A stretch of 64,000 nt of DNA, taken from assembly GCA_038204425.1 (NCBI GenBank), contig JBBRCZ010000010.1, forward strand, positions 46,302 to 110,301. Direction: 5' to 3'. The notes below the pieces were generated by a model. It saw only the letters and a list, made by a program, of their open reading frames with translations, searched no databases and was not told the DNA's origin. The position numbers and the translations under genes were made by a program. The DNA is from Spirochaetia bacterium (GTDB lineage: Bacteria > Spirochaetota > Spirochaetia > DSM-27196 > Salinispiraceae). This document shows, piece by piece, positions 59,520 to 64,000 of the stretch (its first letter is position 1; each line of letters opens with the position of its first letter).

Positions 59520-60887
59520 TTAGCTCTTTACTGCAAAAAATACTGAATTCTTTTCCATCGTTTTCCAACTATCTCGCTCAGGAACCTTCTCTGCGGCACC
59601 CAATACAATTATGCCACCGGACTTCAGTAGCTCTTGTGATTCATCAAAAAACTTGTAGCGCGCTTCTTGTTTCATCCAGCTAAGCAAATCACGAGCAAGG
59701 ACCATATCCATTGGCGGCAAAGCATGATGATTGCCGACGTCATGGTACTCAAACAGAATCATTTCTTTGATCTTTTGAGAAAAACTCAAGCCGTTTTTTC
59801 CTTGAGTAACATGATCTTTATAGTAGTCTGGGACATCCTTTTCGGCAAAAACCAAATTTGGGGCACTTGAAATGTTAAGGAGATCCTTGTCTGAGGCCCA
59901 AATTTTGACTTGCGAGTCCGGAAACTTATTCTTTAAACAAACTGCGAGAGAATAAGTCTCAAAACCCCTGCCACAGCCAGGATTCCAAACATTAAAAAGC
60001 CGTGACGCCTTATCGGGCAGAAGTCCACGTATGCGGTCCAGATATTCGGTCGTCCAAAGTTGCCCTGTACAAGGCGACAAGAACCCTTCCAGAAACGCCC
60101 TCGCATCATCTTGCGATCTGAGTTGTAGCTGCTTGCCTTCGCGGAACTTCTTCCATTCTGCAAAACGAAGGTCAAACCAAGCTTGGTTGACTTCGCCAAC
60201 ATAGAAATTCTCAAGCGCCTTGAGTTCCTCAATAACAAAGGTCTTAAACTGGGTATCATCACCTAGACCGGTTGCTTCTGGCCTAGTGTTTTGTTGCATG
60301 GCTTGGGGCGGCGGCTTGAGATCTTGTTCTGCAACAAGCGCGCGATTGTTCTCAAGCAAGGCTTCAATGCTATCGTTTGCCTCGGGCTTACCCAAAATTC
60401 GTTCTGCATCAAGAATGATATATAATCGGCCGTCGTTTTCTACTACTCCAGAAATATACTTGATGTTAATGTCGCCAAAAATTGGGTGTGGCGGTTGAAT
60501 ACTTTCAGAACTAATGCCGACAACTTTGTCAATTTTGTCAACTACAATACCTATTAGGTTGCTGTCGAGACGCAGGATAAGGCCCGACTCTTCTTCGGAG
60601 TTTGGTTTTTGGACAAACGGCAGATTAAAGAGAGCACGAAGGTCAATAATAGAAATAATCTCGCCACGTAGATTGTATACACCTCGTACAAAACTCGGGG
60701 TATTGGGAACGTACGTAAAGTTAACCAAACGCGCAATTTCTTTTACCTTCATGATATCGATGCCATAGTCTTTGCCACCCAGCGAAAAGGTCACCATTTT
60801 AAAATCTATTGACTCTGTTTTTTCTTTACCGTGTTCGCCAGATCGGTCTGTGCGGTTGGCCCGACTTCTTTGTGTTACGCTAGACAT
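59520..60887 (-). CDS. cheW: CheW fused to a CheR-like domain (spirochete type)
   Basis: CheW: YGIDIMKVKEI, GVYNLRGEII. CheR-like: VWNPGCGRGFETYSLA, FEYHD, ARDLL. Confidence 0.93.
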   Translation of the reverse strand: MSSVTQRSRANRTDRSGEHGKEKTESIDFKMVTFSLGGKDYGIDIMKVKEIARLVNFTYVPNTPSFVRGVYNLRGEIISIIDLRALFNLPFVQKPNSEEESGLILRLDSNLIGIVVDKIDKVVGISSESIQPPHPIFGDINIKYISGVVENDGRLYIILDAERILGKPEANDSIEALLENNRALVAEQDLKPPPQAMQQNTRPEATGLGDDTQFKTFVIEELKALENFYVGEVNQAWFDLRFAEWKKFREGKQLQLRSQDDARAFLEGFLSPCTGQLWTTEYLDRIRGLLPDKASRLFNVWNPGCGRGFETYSLAVCLKNKFPDSQVKIWASDKDLLNISSAPNLVFAEKDVPDYYKDHVTQGKNGLSFSQKIKEMILFEYHDVGNHHALPPMDMVLARDLLSWMKQEARYKFFDESQELLKSGGIIVLGAAEKVPERDSWKTMEKNSVFFAVKS

Positions 60888-60900
60888 AGAGACTTCCTTA

Positions 60901-63291
60901 TCACTTTAAAGTGGACTCACGATGTCGACGATTTTCCACTTCACGCTTTTGCCCAAGCTCGAGCAATTGGCTGACATCAATAATCAAAGATACGGTACCA
61001 TCGCCAGTGATATTGGCACCTGCGATGCCTGGCGCATTGGTGTAATGGTCACGCAAAGGCTTAATTACTACGTCTTCCTCTCCAATCAGCGAATCTACTA
61101 TCAGGCCCATCTTTTTGTCACCACTACCAACAATTACCACAAAGTAATGGTCTTTGTGCTCATCAGATTCAATACGAAACAGGCGATTGAGCCGAAGCAG
61201 CGAAACTACATCTTCTCTCACGTTAAAGACTTCATAATTATCTATCATCCGAATTTCAGACGGGCTAATTCTGTGGCTGTCGAGCACTGCCGTAATCGGG
61301 ATGGCATAGATTTCTGCGCCGACTTTTACCAAAAGACCTTGAATAATAGCCAAGGTGAGTGGAATCTTCATCAGAAAACGCGATCCCTTTCCGCGCTCGG
61401 ACTGAACCGAAACACTTCCATTGAGCTTTTCGATCTGCTTTCGGACTACATCAAGACCAACTCCGCGTCCCGAAATATTGGTCACTTTGCTGGCAGTCGA
61501 AAAGCCAGCATCAAAGATTAGGTTGTAAGCCTCGACATCAGTTAAGGATTTATTGGGATGAATTATGCCACGGTCGATGGCCTTTTTTCTGATTGCCTCA
61601 AGGTCTATCCCCTTACCATCGTCAATAATTTCTATCAGAATCATATTGCCTTCGTTACTTGCTTTAAGTAGAACCTCACCAAAGGCCGACTTACTTGCCT
61701 TCTGACGTGTCTCAGGGCTCTCTATGCCGTGATCAATTGAGTTTCTCACACAATGTATGAGCGGGTCCAAGAGGTCCTCTATGACGCTCTTGTCTAACTC
61801 TGTGTCTTCTCCCTCAATACGAAGGCTAACATCCTTACCCAACTGTTTACTTAAGTCACGTACCAGACGAGGAAAGCGTGAAAAAATTTGGTTGATAGGA
61901 ACCATGCGGATGCGCATTACGCCTTCTTGTAGTTCACTTGTAATACGACTGAGATTTTGGGCGGTAGATTTAAACTTGGCAACTGAGTTTTTGAGGCTAT
62001 TAAAGACAGGGTCGTAGATCGTCAGTAGAGACGAAAACTGATCCAAAATCTCTTTCTTGACATCCTTTACGTTTGCACCGCTCTGGATGCGCTCGAGATA
62101 GTCTGGAAGACTGTCAAAAAGCTCTTTTATTAATTTACGATAATCTGTTTGAACCGTTTGAAAGCTGTTCTGTACATCGGAGAAAAGTGTATTGACTTGA
62201 TTAAAGGTGGCCTTGTTGATTACTGTTTCGCTGACAAGGTTCAATAGCTCGTCAATTCGTTTGCTTTCTACCCTTAGGATTGAACCACCGGTATTGCTCT
62301 TTTTGAGATCGTGTTCTTTAGTCGTGTTATCTGCGACAGGCAAAGCCAAGGAGGGTTCTACCTCGTTCTCTTTTAGCCCAGACTGCTCCTGGAGATCGGG
62401 ATTGCTAGCCTCGGTTAAACTGTCTTGGGTTTTGTTAGTACTTACTTGATGGTTAGACTTGCCACTGTCGACGCTTTCTGGTTGTGCTGACGGCTGGGCT
62501 GATTCGCTACTAAGGTCAATAATTTCCGAACCAAGGGTTACATCAGAAATATCGACCGCCTTTGCGATGCTGACCTGATCCCTTTCGCTGGCAAGGAAGT
62601 AGGCCACCGTCGGGTGAAAGGTGTCCTCGTATAACTTCTCAAATTCTGGTTGGGTCTTAAGTATGGTACCGACATCCTTAAGGGCTGCAAAGGCTTGAAT
62701 ACCACCAACCGAATTCATGGGGTTTTCTTCGTCAAACTTAACTCTAACTAAAAATACAGGGACACCGTCAGCGGCCTCCCTTAACTCAAGTAGTTCATAC
62801 TCTGTCAGCCCGTGATCAACAAGGCCAGTCTGTGAGGTCTTTTTTGCAGGTGCCGGCATACTGGGTTTGCTCTCGGGTTTGTTGTTGGGTTTCTTTTCTT
62901 CTATCAGGCTTCTAAGCGAGCTTTTGACGGCACTGATGTCTTGTGTAAAAATCTTGCCCCTGCTCCGTGCGTCAAGCATGTTCTTGATTATGTCGATGGA
63001 GGCCAGCAGCAGGTCGCTTAGATCGCCACCAACTGCAACTTTACCACTGCGAATATCATCAAGCACGTCCTCTACCACATGAGTAAACTCAGTCAGTTCA
63101 GTCATTTGAACAGTAGCGGCAGCACCCTTAAGTGTATGAGCAGCGCGAAAAATCTCATCGATTGCGTCGTGATTGCGACCATCTTGTTCCAAAACTAGAA
63201 TATTTTGCTCGAGGGCATCCACCTGCAATTCTGCTTCGGCATAGAAGTCCTTCAATAGCTCTTCGTTGTTGGGATCAAGATAGTCACTCAT
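60901..63291 (-). CDS. cheA: Chemotaxis histidine kinase CheA
   Basis: Hpt FRAAHTLKG, RMVPI, HCVRNSIDHGIE, DDGKG, SGRGVGLDVV, C-terminal CheW-like domain; start MSDYLD at 63291. Confidence 0.98.
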   Translation of the reverse strand: MSDYLDPNNEELLKDFYAEAELQVDALEQNILVLEQDGRNHDAIDEIFRAAHTLKGAAATVQMTELTEFTHVVEDVLDDIRSGKVAVGGDLSDLLLASIDIIKNMLDARSRGKIFTQDISAVKSSLRSLIEEKKPNNKPESKPSMPAPAKKTSQTGLVDHGLTEYELLELREAADGVPVFLVRVKFDEENPMNSVGGIQAFAALKDVGTILKTQPEFEKLYEDTFHPTVAYFLASERDQVSIAKAVDISDVTLGSEIIDLSSESAQPSAQPESVDSGKSNHQVSTNKTQDSLTEASNPDLQEQSGLKENEVEPSLALPVADNTTKEHDLKKSNTGGSILRVESKRIDELLNLVSETVINKATFNQVNTLFSDVQNSFQTVQTDYRKLIKELFDSLPDYLERIQSGANVKDVKKEILDQFSSLLTIYDPVFNSLKNSVAKFKSTAQNLSRITSELQEGVMRIRMVPINQIFSRFPRLVRDLSKQLGKDVSLRIEGEDTELDKSVIEDLLDPLIHCVRNSIDHGIESPETRQKASKSAFGEVLLKASNEGNMILIEIIDDGKGIDLEAIRKKAIDRGIIHPNKSLTDVEAYNLIFDAGFSTASKVTNISGRGVGLDVVRKQIEKLNGSVSVQSERGKGSRFLMKIPLTLAIIQGLLVKVGAEIYAIPITAVLDSHRISPSEIRMIDNYEVFNVREDVVSLLRLNRLFRIESDEHKDHYFVVIVGSGDKKMGLIVDSLIGEEDVVIKPLRDHYTNAPGIAGANITGDGTVSLIIDVSQLLELGQKREVENRRHRESTLK

Positions 63292-63379
63292 GTAATCAGT
63301 TTCATACATAGGCACGGCGAAGTCAACAATCAAGCTTGCGGCTTTGTCACAATAATGCCGGGCATGGCCTGGGCGGGCC

Positions 63380-63416
63380 AAAAAAAAGCCGCCATGGAAA
63401 GTATCCACGGCGGCTT
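63380..63416 (-). terminator. Intrinsic terminator after flaA
   Basis: AAGCCGCCGTGGA-TACTT-TCCATGGCGGC-TTTTTTTT on the minus strand. Confidence 0.88.
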
Positions 63417-63467
63417 ATTATGCTTTTGCTAATCTGATTAGATTAAGCCAAACTCAATCGACAAGAC

Positions 63468-63998
63468 TTAGTTTGTTCTTGCTGGAGCGGTTTGTCGCTC
63501 AGCAGGATTGTCCATCTTGCGGCTCTCGAGATAGCGCAAAACTTGACGCTGACCAAGTCTCTTCAACTCAGCATTACGTCTAGAATCTTCACGATCAGCC
63601 ATGATTCCCCAGGTACCTTCGTCATCAATGTCACGAGCGAGATTAAGAACTGCTTTGTCAAATACAAGACTTACATCTTTGATGTAACCAACAAAGTCCC
63701 CACCAGCTTGACTCGAATCCTTGTAGATTCTGAAGCCAATCAACTTGACGGTTGGAGTTGACTGTGGATACAGAGGAAAGGTGCGCAATTCACGATTACG
63801 AACGTCGGTAATGTAGTTTGGATTTTCCCAAGTGATTCTGCGCCAGCCGTCAAAATTGAGGTAGCCCAAGAAGTATTCTTGATCACGATTGGACGAATCT
63901 TTAAAGATAACGGATATGCCATTAGGGGCATTGTTACCAAAAACATTGACAGTAACAGATTTGATAATACCAACGTTCTTTGTAACGCCGAAACCATC
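63468..63998 (-). CDS. flaA: Flagellar filament outer-layer (sheath) protein FlaA, 5' end outside the window
   Basis: Frame is open to the window edge: NVGIIKSVTVNVFG..GYLNFDGWRRITWENPNYITDVRNRELR..PLYP..DKAVL...DIDDE..WGI; upstream of cheA. Confidence 0.93.
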   Translation of the reverse strand, partial: DGFGVTKNVGIIKSVTVNVFGNNAPNGISVIFKDSSNRDQEYFLGYLNFDGWRRITWENPNYITDVRNRELRTFPLYPQSTPTVKLIGFRIYKDSSQAGGDFVGYIKDVSLVFDKAVLNLARDIDDEGTWGIMADREDSRRNAELKRLGQRQVLRYLESRKMDNPAERQTAPARTN

Positions 63999-64000
63999 AA

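Noticed and set aside
59520..60887. CheW-CheR fusion as a novelty
   Set aside because: Already known in spirochetes such as Borrelia CheW3
61950..62200. Helical insertion in the CheA dimerisation domain
   Set aside because: Recalled as typical of spirochete CheA in this locus; no evidence of an intein or mobile insertion

Overview
This is ordinary core chromosome of a spirochete, probably a free-living Spirochaetales member. The evidence is the flaA-cheA-cheW/cheR-cheX-cheY locus, a giant SpiroCoCo coiled-coil protein, an Hbb-like HU beside rpsT, bactofilin and rho, and a long Borrelia-type thymidine kinase. The window is gene-dense with about 50 CDS, mostly on the minus strand, and two tRNAs: Arg(CCG) and Val(GAC). 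Contents include rho (partial), lnt, an ABC exporter pair, an M23-bactofilin-YaaR-RicT cluster, purF/N/D, grpE-dnaK-dnaJ, der, PTS enzyme I, rny-ymdB-tlyA, sbcDC, pdxA, pstSCAB and the chemotaxis genes. I found no CRISPR array, prophage, integrase, IS or defence island. The most notable signals are: (1) Rho carries a ~258-residue disordered N-terminal extension with a 9x12-bp (N[N/S]SE) tandem repeat and a 7x RDxx repeat, a prion-like or condensate candidate; (2) several genes show a leaderless layout with the -10 box 6-8 nt before an ATG, including two with an identical CTATGTGCCGAT sigma28-like box; (3) a TIGR01212 radical SAM gene starts 3 nt after tRNA-Arg; (4) a YqfO/NIF3-like domain is fused to a SAM methyltransferase; (5) an unannotated secreted protein has an NlpC/P60-like Cys-His dyad; (6) an 11-bp-periodic Pho-box-like array lies upstream of pstS; (7) a histidine kinase is broken by an apparent deletion and frameshift. 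All annotations come from motif recognition by eye, with no database searches. Start codons were adjusted by eye where an SD or stop/start overlap suggested it.
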